Below the pieces are notes generated by a model that was not told the origin of the DNA, made no database searches, and saw nothing but the letters and a program-made list of their open reading frames with translations. From a bacterium (GTDB lineage Bacteria; UBA10199; 2-02-FULL-44-16; JAAZCA01), in NCBI GenBank assembly GCA_963674695.2, contig CAXXGI010000003.1:704001-768000 (forward strand): 64,000 nt of DNA. Direction: 5' to 3'. Numbering within the stretch: the first letter of the stretch is position 1; every line of letters begins with the position of its first letter. The position numbers and the translations under genes are program-made. Of this stretch, positions 1-10,100 are shown one piece after another.

Positions 1-560
1 GCCATCTCTTCGACGCTCGCGCGCAGGTAGGGACCGCCCGATGCGGTGAGCAACAGACGCACGACATCATCCTTGCCATGACCTGCCAACGACTGATGAA
101 TGGCCGAGTGTTCGCTGTCGATCGGCAGAATGGTCACGCCCTTCTCTTTCGCGCGTTTGGAAACCAGGGCCCCTGCAACGACCATGGTCTCTTTATTCGC
201 CAGCGCAATATCTCGACCGGCATCGATGGCGGCGATGGTGGGCTCAAGACCCGCGGCACCGACGATGGCGGAAACCACCGTATCGGCATCGGCCTCGGTC
301 GCCACACGCGTGGCCCCTTCGATGCCACAGCAGATCTCGGGGCGATGCTCTCCCAGCATCCCGGAAAGCTGCACCTTCGCCTCTTCATTCCGCACCGAGA
401 CGATCGCGGGTCGGAACTGCTCGATCTGCTGGGCAAGCCCCTTTACGTCGTGGCCCTCGGCGAGACCGGTCACACAAAAGCGATCCGGATGACGGGCCAC
501 GACATCGAGCGTACTCTGCCCGATGGAACCCGTGCTGCCGAGGATGGCGAGTTTTTTCAT
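1..560 (-). CDS. dxr: 1-deoxy-D-xylulose 5-phosphate reductoisomerase (partial, runs off window start)
   Basis: Manual translation of the minus strand from ATG at 560: [14 protein letters not shown]...ANKE...[12 protein letters not shown]...LLLTASGGP; follows cdsA as in the canonical cluster. Not in the ORF track. Confidence 0.95.
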   Translation of the reverse strand, partial: MKKLAILGSTGSIGQSTLDVVARHPDRFCVTGLAEGHDVKGLAQQIEQFRPAIVSVRNEEAKVQLSGMLGEHRPEICCGIEGATRVATEADADTVVSAIVGAAGLEPTIAAIDAGRDIALANKETMVVAGALVSKRAKEKGVTILPIDSEHSAIHQSLAGHGKDDVVRLLLTASGGPYLRASVEEM

Positions 561-570
561 GTATAACCCC

Positions 571-607
571 GTTCGATGGTTCGATAGTCCGACAGTTCGA
601 TGGTTCA
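571..607. repeat. Short degenerate 8-bp tandem repeat (GTTCGATR-like) overlapping the cdsA stop codon
   Basis: gttcgatg gttcgata gtccgaca gttcgatg gttca; related units at 63457-63489. Confidence 0.6.
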
Positions 608-1405
608 AAATCCAAACACATACACCGCATACGCAAAGGCGGCGGGACCGGTGAAGATCAGGGCGTCGAGCCGATCGAGCACGCCGCCGTGTCCGGGGAT
701 GATCGTTCCCGAGTCCTTCACCCCCGCGCTGCGCTTGAGCATGGATTCAACCAGATCCCCGAAGGGCGAAACGATCCAGATCATCAGCGCAAACCCAACC
801 GTCACCATGATACCGAGATCGGGCAACAAAATCGTGCGAACCAAGAAGGTCCCAACCAGCGCGCCGACGAGCGCGCCCAGGAACCCCTCGAACGTCTTGT
901 TCGGGCTCACCATCGGCGCAAAGCGATGGCGCCCACATGTTTTTCCCGCCAGATACGCAAAGGTGTCGCAGAGACAGGCCGGGGCCAACGTCATCAGGAC
1001 CAGCTCACGCCCATGGGCCAGTTCGCGCAACCACCCCCAACAGGGAAAGGCCACGCCCAACATCATGACCCCCAAAACCGCCAAGCCCAGCCGATCGGCT
1101 GAACGGTCAAGCGTTTTGGAGCGCGCCATGATGACGAGCGAGAGCGCAAACGTCGCGCCCACCACCGCGAGAAGGATGATCTCATTCGAAACCGGAACCA
1201 GGAGCATGAGAAGAGCGATGATCGCCCCGATGATGAGGAGGGCGAACCGTTCCACACGGTCGTGCAGAAACATCCGCGCAAATTCCATGAGGCCCATCAC
1301 GGCAACGATCAGAATGAAGAGCTGCAGCGAAATGAGCGGGAGCCACCAAACACCAGCGACGACCCCAACCCCGAGCAGGATGGCGGTGATCACGCGTTTC
1401 ATCAT
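605..1405 (-). CDS. cdsA: Phosphatidate cytidylyltransferase
   Basis: Polytopic membrane protein with SPNKTFEG and [32 protein letters not shown] signature; synteny with uppS and dxr. Confidence 0.95.
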   Translation of the reverse strand: MMKRVITAILLGVGVVAGVWWLPLISLQLFILIVAVMGLMEFARMFLHDRVERFALLIIGAIIALLMLLVPVSNEIILLAVVGATFALSLVIMARSKTLDRSADRLGLAVLGVMMLGVAFPCWGWLRELAHGRELVLMTLAPACLCDTFAYLAGKTCGRHRFAPMVSPNKTFEGFLGALVGALVGTFLVRTILLPDLGIMVTVGFALMIWIVSPFGDLVESMLKRSAGVKDSGTIIPGHGGVLDRLDALIFTGPAAFAYAVYVFGF

Positions 1406-2106
1406 TTTCCCTTCATCTGAGCGCTGGTTCGGCCGAAGCGGCGTTCGCGTTCGATGTAGGAGGCGATCGCCTCTTCCAGCTTTTCTTCATCGAAATCCGG
1501 CCAAGGAACGGGCGAGAAATAGAGCTCGGCATAGGCCAACTGCCAGAGCAGGAAGTTGCTGACGCGAAACTCACCGCTGGTCCGAATGAGCAGGTCCGGA
1601 TCGGGAATGCCGACCGTATCGAGCTCCTGCGAAAATTGCTCCGGCGTGACCTCGATCATCCCCTTTTCGATCACGCGGCCAACCGCACGACAGATCTCCT
1701 GCCGACCACCGTAGGAGAGCGCGACGATGAGCGTCATGTGATCGCCGTTCCGGGTGGCCTCTTCCGTGGCCATAAGCTCTGAGCGCACCTCCGGCGGAAG
1801 GCGATCGAGATCGCCGATGGCCCGAAAGCTCGTGCGCTTTTCGATGAGACGCTTGCGCTTGCTGGCGAGGAAATGACGCAGCAGCTGCATGAGCGCAACG
1901 ACCTCGTCGGAGGGGCGATTCCAGTTCTCTTCGGAGAAGGCATAGAGCGTGAGATAGCGGATACCACGATCGTGGCAGGCATCGACGATGCGCTCGATCA
2001 TCTCGGCACCGCGCCGATGTCCTTCGGCACGCGCAAGCCCCTGCTCCTGGGCCCAGCGTCCGTTGCCGTCCATGATGATGGCGATATGTTTGGGAACACG
2101 TTTCAT
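1402..2106 (-). CDS. uppS: Undecaprenyl diphosphate synthase (cis-prenyltransferase)
   Basis: PKHIAIIMDGNGRWA, YAFSEENWNRP, PDLLIRTSGEFRVSNFLLWQLAYAE. Start moved to the ATG at 2106 because the upstream extension reads through a palindromic repeat. Confidence 0.95.
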   Translation of the reverse strand: MKRVPKHIAIIMDGNGRWAQEQGLARAEGHRRGAEMIERIVDACHDRGIRYLTLYAFSEENWNRPSDEVVALMQLLRHFLASKRKRLIEKRTSFRAIGDLDRLPPEVRSELMATEEATRNGDHMTLIVALSYGGRQEICRAVGRVIEKGMIEVTPEQFSQELDTVGIPDPDLLIRTSGEFRVSNFLLWQLAYAELYFSPVPWPDFDEEKLEEAIASYIERERRFGRTSAQMKGK

Positions 2107-2141
2107 AGTATGAGGTCTGTCATTCCCCGAAACGTCGGGCA

Positions 2142-2212
2142 TGTCATTCCCGCGAAAGCGGGAATCTCGCCATTTACAGCATATCGAGATCCCCGCTTTC
2201 GCGGGGATGACA
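2142..2212. repeat. Family A palindromic intergenic repeat (TGTCATTCCCGCGAAAGCGGGAATCTCG-spacer-CGAGATYCCCGCTTTCGCGGGRATGACA), copy 1
   Basis: Inverted arms of about 28 bp, each with an internal hairpin; resembles dRS3/RPE/REP-type elements (ATTCCC-N8-GGGAAT core). A partial copy lies at 2118-2140. Confidence 0.9.
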
Positions 2213-2217
2213 ACCAT

Positions 2218-2775
2218 TCAGACTTCCATGATGTCTTTCTCTTTATGCTCGAGGGCCGTGTCGATCTCTTTGATGAAATTATCGGTCATCTTCTGAATCT
2301 GTTCGTGCCCCTTGCGCTCTTCGTCTTCGGTGATCGTACTGTCCTTCTTGAGCGTCTTGAGCTCGTCGTTCACATCGCGCCGCACGTTGCGCACGGCAAT
2401 CTTGCAGTCCTCGCCGTGCTTGCGCATCACCCGCACCAGTTCTCTGCGCCGCTCTTCGTTGAGCGGCGGAATGGGCAGACGGACGACGCGACCGTCGCTG
2501 GTGGGATTGAGCCCCAGATCAGCCTTGAGGATTGCCTTTTCGATTCCGGCAATCGCACTCCCATCCCAGGGCTGAATCGCGATGGTGCGCGGATCGGGCA
2601 CAGAGAGTGTGGCCATCTGCGCCAGCGGCGTCATCGTGCCATAATAGTCGACGCGCACGTCATCCAGGATAGAAAGCGATGCCCGGCCCGTGCGCATCTT
2701 CGACAACTCGCGGCGCAGCGCCTCCATCGCCTTCTCCATCTTCTCTTTCGTCGCCTCATAGATCAGATTATCCAT
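2218..2775 (-). CDS. frr: Ribosome recycling factor
   Basis: MRTGRAS..LDDVRVDYYG, IPPLNEERRRELV; synteny pyrH-frr-uppS. Confidence 0.97.
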   Translation of the reverse strand: MDNLIYEATKEKMEKAMEALRRELSKMRTGRASLSILDDVRVDYYGTMTPLAQMATLSVPDPRTIAIQPWDGSAIAGIEKAILKADLGLNPTSDGRVVRLPIPPLNEERRRELVRVMRKHGEDCKIAVRNVRRDVNDELKTLKKDSTITEDEERKGHEQIQKMTDNFIKEIDTALEHKEKDIMEV

Positions 2776-3487
2776 TGACCACCGTCCCGAGGTTAGCTCC
2801 CATCACCACCTTCTCGAGGTTTCCCTCTTTGAAGACGTCGAAGACAACGATGGGGAGGTTATGTCCCATGCACATAGAGATCGCCGTCGCATCCATGACT
2901 TTGAGATCTTTTCCCAAGACATCGAGGTAGGTGAGCGTATCATAACGCTTTGCGTTCTTATCTTTCACCGGATCGGCCGAATAGATGCCATCGACCTTCG
3001 TGGCTTTCAGCAGCACGTCGGCGCCAATTTCAAGCGCGCGCAACGACGCCGCGGTATCGGTGGAAAAGAAGGGATTTCCGGTGCCACCGCCGAAGACAAC
3101 CACACGCCCCTTGCTCAAGTGATTGAGCGCTCGACGGCGATCGAATCGCTCGGCCACACCCTCGAGATTGCGCGAGGTCATGACCGAGGCCGGCATGCCG
3201 GCGCTGTCGAAAGCTGACTGAAGCCCCAGGCTATTCATGACGGTGGCGAGCATTCCCATCGTATCGGCCTGAACCTGATCGATGGCACCCGCAGCGGAAG
3301 CCGTCGCCCCACGGTAGATATTACCCGCGCCGATGACCAGCCCCACCTGCACGCCCGCATCGACGATCGGCTTGATTTCGGCGACGATATGGCTCGCCGA
3401 TTTCATGCAGATGCCCGACGCAGCCCCTTCCGGCAAAAGCGCTTCACCGGAGAGTTTGAGCAGAATGCGGTGATATTTTGGTGGCAT
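2768..3487 (-). CDS. pyrH: UMP kinase
   Basis: RILLKLSGEAL, GGTGNPFFSTDTAASLRA, KATKVDGIYSADP; start set at MPPKYHR. Confidence 0.96.
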   Translation of the reverse strand: MPPKYHRILLKLSGEALLPEGAASGICMKSASHIVAEIKPIVDAGVQVGLVIGAGNIYRGATASAAGAIDQVQADTMGMLATVMNSLGLQSAFDSAGMPASVMTSRNLEGVAERFDRRRALNHLSKGRVVVFGGGTGNPFFSTDTAASLRALEIGADVLLKATKVDGIYSADPVKDKNAKRYDTLTYLDVLGKDLKVMDATAISMCMGHNLPIVVFDVFKEGNLEKVVMGANLGTVVNG

Positions 3488-3524
3488 GCATCCCCCTTCC
3501 ACCGACAAAGACATTACTGGAGCT

Positions 3525-3596
3525 TGTCATTCCCGCGAAAGCGGGAATCTCGATTGAAGCCTTTACATCGGGATCCCCGTTTCCACGGGGATGACA
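3525..3596. repeat. Family A palindromic repeat, copy 2
   Basis: tgtcattcccgcgaaagcgggaatctcg...cgggatccccgtttccacggggatgaca between tsf and pyrH. Confidence 0.9.
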
Positions 3597-3620
3597 CTCC
3601 TCTATTTGCCCTGAACCTGA

Positions 3621-4478
3621 TTATTCCACGCCTTCGCCGACCTGCAAGCGATGAAATGCACCGATGCGGATGGAATCATCGATCTTCTTGAGCCAAGCGC
3701 CGACGCTCGCCTTTCCATCAGGATCGCGAACATAGAGCTGGTCTTCCAAGCAGACCTCGGTGAAGAACTTGCTGAGCTTGCCCGTGACGATCTTTTCGAG
3801 AATTTCCGGTGGTTTCTTCGTATCGGCCATCTGGGCCTTGATGATCTCTCGCTCTTTGGCGAGCACCGTCTCGGAGATCTCGTCGCGCCGCACGAACTGC
3901 GGTTGCATGGCCGCCACGTGCATGGCGATCTCGCGCGCGGTGTTCTCATCGAGCTTTCCGTTCGGGTCGTCGTAGCAAACCACGACGCCGATTTTCGAAC
4001 CTGCGTGAATATACTGCGCGAGTTTTTGTCCGTCATTTGCCGCAACGCGCACGAAGCGCCGAACGCCGAGGTTCTCACCGATCTTGGCGACCACAGCAAT
4101 CTGCTCCTCCTGCACGGTATGATCACCGAGAGGAGCCGCCATCATAGCATCGAGATCCGCAGGGGAGCTCTCGCGCACGACGTTCGTCATATTCTGCACG
4201 AACTGCTGAAAGTCCTCGGTCTTCGTCACGAAGTCGGTCTCGCAGTTCACCTCGACGAGCACCGCGAGCTTGCCGTCGTCGCTGAGTTCATAGCCAATCA
4301 GACCGTCGGCGGCCTTGCGCCCCGACTTCTTGGCGGCCGTGGCCACGCCCTTCTTGCGCAGAAACTCGAGGGCCTCTTCCATGTCGCCACTCGTCTCCTT
4401 TAACGCTGTTTTACAATCCATCATACCCGCGCCCGTCTTCTCGCGCAGCTCTTTGACCATTGAAGATGTGATACTCAT
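3621..4478 (-). CDS. tsf: Elongation factor Ts
   Basis: VKELREKTGAGMMDCK, EVNCETDFV motifs. Confidence 0.97.
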   Translation of the reverse strand: MSITSSMVKELREKTGAGMMDCKTALKETSGDMEEALEFLRKKGVATAAKKSGRKAADGLIGYELSDDGKLAVLVEVNCETDFVTKTEDFQQFVQNMTNVVRESSPADLDAMMAAPLGDHTVQEEQIAVVAKIGENLGVRRFVRVAANDGQKLAQYIHAGSKIGVVVCYDDPNGKLDENTAREIAMHVAAMQPQFVRRDEISETVLAKEREIIKAQMADTKKPPEILEKIVTGKLSKFFTEVCLEDQLYVRDPDGKASVGAWLKKIDDSIRIGAFHRLQVGEGVE

Positions 4479-4534
4479 GGAACCTTCCTCCTTCGAAGTG
4501 ATGAGGTTAAAAAAGTTTATTCGCCAACTTACGA

Positions 4535-4605
4535 TGTCATTCCCGCGTAGGCGGGAATCTCGCTTTTAATGACACACCGAGATCCCCGCTTCCGCGGGGA
4601 TGACA
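4535..4605. repeat. Family A palindromic repeat, copy 3
   Basis: tgtcattcccgcgtaggcgggaatctcg...cgagatccccgcttccgcggggatgaca between rpsB and tsf. Confidence 0.9.
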
Positions 4606-4657
4606 AAGCCAAGGTTTATAATGCCATTCTCAAACGCCCGTGCTCGCTACGGAAGAC

Positions 4658-5575
4658 CTATTCCGCCTTTGCCTCTTCGGCTTCATTCTCTTCCGGAACC
4701 TCGGCCTTGGCGCTGGCAAACTGCTCGGCCTCGGTGTCGGAGACAGCTGCGGCTTCCTGCTCGCCACGACGTCCACCGATCCAGGCACGGCCCTTCCCTC
4801 CGATTTTCTGTTCGCGCACGGCCGGGCCCTTCGAAACGCCCTCGCCTTCCTTGGCCCGCATGGCATCCGACTCGCGCAGCGACGCTTCGCGACGCTTGGA
4901 GCCCTCTTCGCACGCATCAGCCATGAGCCCCACGAAATACTGGATGGAGCGAATCGCGTCGTCATTTCCGGCGATCGGGTAATCGATGCCGTCCGGATCG
5001 CAGTTGGTGTCGATGAGGGCGACGATCGGAATACCGAGCTTCCTCGCCTCGAGCTTGGCAATGCCTTCGGAACCCGGATCGACGATGAAGAGCGCGCCAG
5101 GGGTCTTCGTCATTTCCTTGATGCCGCCGAGTGAATGCTCGAGCTTATTGATCTGACGTTCAACCTTCAGCCCTTCCTTCTTGGTGAGCTTCTCGATCTC
5201 GCCGCTCTCCTTCTTGGCATAGAGGTTCATCAAGCGATCGATCGACTGCTTGATCGTCTTAAAGTTGGTGAGCATCCCGCCCAGCCAACGGTTGGTGACA
5301 TAGTACTGCTTGCAGCGCTGTGCCTCTTCCTCGATGATGTCGTGCGCTTGCTTCTTCGTGCCGACAAAGAGGACCGAGTTGCCCAACGCAACCGTGTCGG
5401 CGATGAAGGTGTAGGCACGTTCGGCTTGCTTGCTCGTCTGGTCCAGATCGATGATATGGATACCATCACGGGAGGTGAAGATGAACGGACGCATCTTCGG
5501 ATTCCAACGACGGGTCTGATGCCCAAAATGGACGCCCGCTTCCAGCAGTTCCTTCACATTGACTTGCGGTGACAT
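4658..5575 (-). CDS. rpsB: 30S ribosomal protein S2
   Basis: [34 protein letters not shown]; ATG at 5575 preceded by AAGGAG. Confidence 0.97.
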   Translation of the reverse strand: MSPQVNVKELLEAGVHFGHQTRRWNPKMRPFIFTSRDGIHIIDLDQTSKQAERAYTFIADTVALGNSVLFVGTKKQAHDIIEEEAQRCKQYYVTNRWLGGMLTNFKTIKQSIDRLMNLYAKKESGEIEKLTKKEGLKVERQINKLEHSLGGIKEMTKTPGALFIVDPGSEGIAKLEARKLGIPIVALIDTNCDPDGIDYPIAGNDDAIRSIQYFVGLMADACEEGSKRREASLRESDAMRAKEGEGVSKGPAVREQKIGGKGRAWIGGRRGEQEAAAVSDTEAEQFASAKAEVPEENEAEEAKAE

Positions 5576-5745
5576 AAACTTCTCCTTTGGTTTGAACCGA
5601 TAGATCTCCCACAACCGACGCGTCATCCCAGGGCTCATTCCGAAGGTTGGCGATGCCGGAACCAAATGAGGGAGCTTTTCGGAATTTCCAGGCAAAGCGT
5701 GTGCAACCAACTGCCCGGATTAGTTACGAAAATCGCGTGCGGCAG
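5576..5745 (-). promoter_or_regulatory. Probable rpsB 5' leader (S2 autoregulation)
   Basis: About 170 nt of non-coding sequence upstream of rpsB; structured autoregulatory leaders are established for rpsB-tsf. Structure not computed. Confidence 0.35.
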
Positions 5746-5823
5746 TACCATGCACCCGAGGCGGATGCAATAGAAAAGGCTAGTTTTCTCTGGTGAGCAT
5801 CTCTACAAAAGTTGCTCATTGAT

Positions 5824-5899
5824 TGTCATCCCCGAGTGGGGTAATCGGGGATCTCGATGGCCCGTAACAATCGAGATTCCCGTTTTCACGGGAATGACA
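5824..5899. repeat. Family A palindromic repeat, copy 4 (variant)
   Basis: tgtcatccccgagtggggtaatcggggatctcg...cgagattcccgttttcacgggaatgaca. Confidence 0.85.
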
Positions 5900-5919
5900 C
5901 CATTACGGAAGGGATCAGC

Positions 5920-6834
5920 ATGGGGGCAACTATGCAACTCATTGTTATTACATCCTTTTTCATCATCACCACCCTCCTCCCGCTCCACGGGGCCCTTGCC
6001 CAGGGAAAGGCGCCGCAGATCGAAATGCTCCCCGCAGTTCCGGCGACGAAGGCCCCGGAAAAACCGCCGATCGTGGCGGAGCCCAAGACCGCGGCGAAAG
6101 CGGCTCCGCGCGCTCCGGAGAAGAAGGCCGCACCTGCGCTCGATGCCAAGCGCGACCTGCGCCTCTATCGGAAATCGGGCCACCGCTCGAAGGAGTGGAA
6201 TGACCTGATCGCACCGGCCTTTGATTCCTTCGACAGTGAGAATTATGCGACGGCTTACGTCTTTCTCAAGCGGGCCTACGATCGTGGCTGCCGCGACGCA
6301 CTCGTCCTCTTCCGCTACGGGCTCTACCTGGAGTCAAAGGGAAACATGAAGGAAGCGGCGCAACTCCTCTTGGAATCAGCGGAAAAGATGAAGGAGCAAT
6401 ATCCAGGCCATCCGCTCGTCACACAGATCCACCAACATGCCGGCCGCGCGGCTTTTCAGGTCGACGATCTCGAGGGAGCGCTCCCCCACCTGCAAAAGGC
6501 ACTCGAAGTCGAGCCGGACGACTTCATGCTCCTGTTCATGGCCGGCCAGATCCTGCGCAAAGCCAAGCGCCCACAGGAGGCCTATGCCCTCTTCCTCAAG
6601 GCCAAGGACCTCGCCCCGCCGGAGAGCGATGACACCAATCCGAAGCTCGCCCTCCTGGGAGAACTGATGGCGACCGCTTTCGAGCTGGAGGATTTCAAGA
6701 CCGTCGATGCCTACGCCGATGAGATCCTGCTCATGGACCCCCTGAATGCCGCCGCCCGCGCCTATAAGAACATCCTCCTGAAGCAGCGCTACAAACAGCG
6801 CGAGCACGACATCATTGAAAAGATAGTGAGATAG
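5920..6834 (+). CDS. Exported tetratricopeptide-repeat protein
   Basis: Hydrophobic signal-like N-terminus (..LHGALAQ), Pro/Ala/Lys linker, then helical TPR-like repeats (ALPHLQKALEVEPDD, AYALFLKAKDLAP). Start is 5920 or 5932. Confidence 0.75.
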   Translation: MGATMQLIVITSFFIITTLLPLHGALAQGKAPQIEMLPAVPATKAPEKPPIVAEPKTAAKAAPRAPEKKAAPALDAKRDLRLYRKSGHRSKEWNDLIAPAFDSFDSENYATAYVFLKRAYDRGCRDALVLFRYGLYLESKGNMKEAAQLLLESAEKMKEQYPGHPLVTQIHQHAGRAAFQVDDLEGALPHLQKALEVEPDDFMLLFMAGQILRKAKRPQEAYALFLKAKDLAPPESDDTNPKLALLGELMATAFELEDFKTVDAYADEILLMDPLNAAARAYKNILLKQRYKQREHDIIEKIVR

Positions 6835-7090
6835 TGAGATGGTGAGATGGCTGAATCGTGAGATGGTGAGATGGCGAAAGAGCCTGTCATTCCCGCGAAA
6901 GCGGGAATCTCGATGAGGACGGAACATCGAGATCCCCTTTTTCACGGGGATGACAATGCCTGGGCCATCACGCCATTCAGCTATCTCACGATCTAACGAT
7001 CCAGCCATCTCACCATCCCACGATTTTGCCATCTCACGATTTCGCCATCTCACGATCTTGCCATCTCACCATCTCGCCATTCAGCCATCC
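6821..7090. repeat. Composite repeat: 8-bp array (GAGATGGT)n, family A copy 5 (6885-6955), then the inverted 8-bp array (ACCATCTC)n
   Basis: agatagtgagatagtgagatggtgagatgg.. on the left; ..ccatctcacgat..ccatctcaccatctcgccat on the right; the TPR gene stop codon falls inside the left array. Confidence 0.85.
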
Positions 7091-7181
7091 CACCAGAGAC
7101 AAAAAACGGCCCCGGAGGCGATATGCCAACCGGGGCCAATGGGGGAGTCTTCTTCTTTACGTCCCTATACCCTCACATCTC

Positions 7182-10100
7182 TCAAGCAGAGGTTTTCTCT
7201 CGCTTGCGTCGTGACACGAGCTTGGTGAGTCCGAGCAGCAGACCCATCAGGTAGAACATGCTGGTCGGTGCACCGGAGGCGGAACCCACGAGCGAACAGC
7301 CTTCCTGTCCTGACGTGGCGCGACCGATGTTGGCCAGGTTGAAGTATCCACCGCTCATCATCTCATCCATATCCGGGATACCATCCATATCGGAATCGGG
7401 GTTGCGTCCATCGGTCTCGCTGTACTGCCCACCCTCCCGGACATTGCGAACGCCGTCACAGTTGAGATCCTCACCGGTTCCGCTGGAGGCGACCCAACCG
7501 TCGGGCAGGCCGTCGCCGTCGGTGTCGCTCGACAGGGCGTTGGTCTCCACTCCCATATCGAAGATACCGTTCTGGTTCGCATCTTCACCCGTGCTCTGGA
7601 TGAGCTGACCGTCGGGGCCCGGGACCATCATCGGACCGTCGGGGATACAGTCGCCGTCGCTGTCGATGTTGGTCGGATCCGTGCCGTAGCGAAGCTCATA
7701 GCCGTCGGTGATGGAGTCGCCATCGGTGTCGGCGTTCAGCGGATCGCTCTCGCCCAGGTGCGGCTCATAGATCCCGTTGAGGTTGACGTCTTCACCGGTG
7801 TCGTCGGCCGGGTTCTTACCGTCCCACACGCCGTCGCCATCGGTATCCTCGTTCATCGGATCGGTCTCGCCCGCATCGACGATACCGTTGCCATTGATAT
7901 CTTCGAGCGAGTTGGGCAGACCATCCTCATCGGAATCGATGCCGCCACTGGTGCTGCCGTCGGCCGAACCGATACAGGTCGGGTCTTCGTTCAGGCGGCA
8001 GCCCGGGTTTTCTTCATCATCTTCCTCTGAATCGTTGTCAGAGTCGCGCATACAGGGGTTGGAGTTGAAGTACTTGATCAATCCACCCTCATACTCCTTG
8101 TCATCGTCCAGACCGTCCTTATCCGAGTCCTTGATCGTCGGATCGGAGATCATGGGGATACCGCTGGAGAGCGCACCCTCTTCCAAGATCCGAGCGAGGA
8201 ATTCGGTGCCAATGATCAGGTCGATCGTGCCATCCGCATCGATCTCGACGCCATCGTAGAGGGAGTCGCCATCGGAGTCCCGCAGCAGCGGATGCGTGTC
8301 GTGCGTGCCGATCTGCGGACAGCCCTCGGCACCCTGGTGGATCTGGAAGTTGATCTCGTCGATTCCGTCGAAGTTCTCTTCGAGGTCGAGCAGATCATCG
8401 TCATCGGTGTCTTCATCGGCCGGGTTGGTCGGGTACGGCCATCCGGTCACCTCGACGAAGTCGGTGATGCCATCGCCATCGGAGTCGGGGTCAAGCGCAT
8501 CCGACTCGGTCGGCGTTACTTCGCTGACACCCGCGGCCGCCAGCACCTCGGCATCGAGCACTTCCGCTACACCCTCCACCCCTTTGAGCCCTAAGACCTT
8601 ATTATTGAACTTGCCATCCTGGTTCCGATCTTCAAGACCATCGCGCAGTCCGTCGCCATCACGATCGAGGAAGAAGGCCAGGATCTTACGACCCACATAG
8701 AGTTCACGCGGGTTCGGACAGCTGTAGTTCGAGGCCGTCGCATCGAAACCGTCGCGGCCAGGGCCAGCGGTGATCGGACAGACATCCGAACCGCTGGTGG
8801 CTTCCGTCGACTTCCAACCGTCGCTGTAGCCGTCGCCATCGGAGTCTTCACAGTAGTGGCGCAGTGACACATCGGAACCGCTCTGACCGATGGCCGAACC
8901 GCAGTCACCCGTGCAGGCACCGCTGGGGTTCTCGACCACATCGGGAATGCCGTCCTGATCGGTGTCGCCCGCGAGCGATGCGATCCCCAGATAGCCGCCC
9001 GTGACCTGGAAGATATCCGGAACACCATCCGCACCCATCGGCGAACCATCGCCGGCCTCAGCTTCGATCACCGCACCGGTCTCGTCGTAGCCCGTGACCA
9101 CCTTGCCCGAGTCGCGCAGCGATACAGGGATGCCCTCGTCGAAGACCACATAACGCGGATCGATCGTGTAGAACATCAGCTTCGGTGTACAGGGGTACTG
9201 ACCACCACAGGTGTTGCCCACGGTATTCGCGATCAGCGGACAGGCATCGTTGCTCTGGCTTGCGTTCGCACAGCCCGAGCCGTTGCCGTCACACCAGCCG
9301 TCGCCATCGGAATCCGCATCGGTCATATCGAGCTCAGCGTTATCCTCATCGCGATCGCCATCGAAGTTGGCCGGGTTGGCCAGCATCTGGTTCTTACAGG
9401 CGAAGATCTCGATATCATAACTGTTCTGCGCACTCGAAGCGAAGGCGCGCCGATCCTCGTCCACGGGGTTGCCGCCGGCATCGAGTTTGAACCAGACGTA
9501 GCGCACACCGATGTCGTCCATGGAACCGAGCTGACATTCGATCGGGTTGCCGTTGGCATCGGGCACCGGATACATGCTGTCGTAGCTCTCGAAGGTGTAG
9601 AGGTAGTTCTTCGCCGCACGCGTACCACTCGGGTTCGTCGCGTAGACGAGCTGGTTGCGATCCTCGGCACCGTCCTTCAGATTGTCGTTGTCCTGATCGT
9701 CATTGTCCGGAACCGGATCGACGCCGTCGTGCAGACCGTCGCCATCGGTATCGGCCATGTACCAGCAGGTCGTGTCATCGGTGCAATCGCAGTTCCGGTT
9801 CGTGTCTTCGCGATCATCCGGAATGTTGTCGCCGTCGGTGTCATAGCCAGGCGCCTGGATGCCGGTCGCACTCGTCCCGATGAGCAGATTGCGTTTCTTC
9901 AGGCACTCATACTTGCTCATGAAGCGTTTGCGGTTCAGACGGTTTCCAGGATTGCCGTTCGTACCACCGGTCGGCGCGCCGAAGCCGCCGCCCTCACACT
10001 GCACCTGGCTCATGTCGTCGGCCACGTTGATCACCTGGCTGGAGCGCGCGATGCTGTTACCGGTCAGCTCCGGCACGATGAGGATCTGCTGACCGTCCTT

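Noticed and set aside
1402-2217. ORF extensions and small ORFs containing VIPAKAGI / SFPRKRES / DSRFRGND
   Set aside because: These are translations of the family A palindrome and recur wherever it occurs; not real coding sequence.
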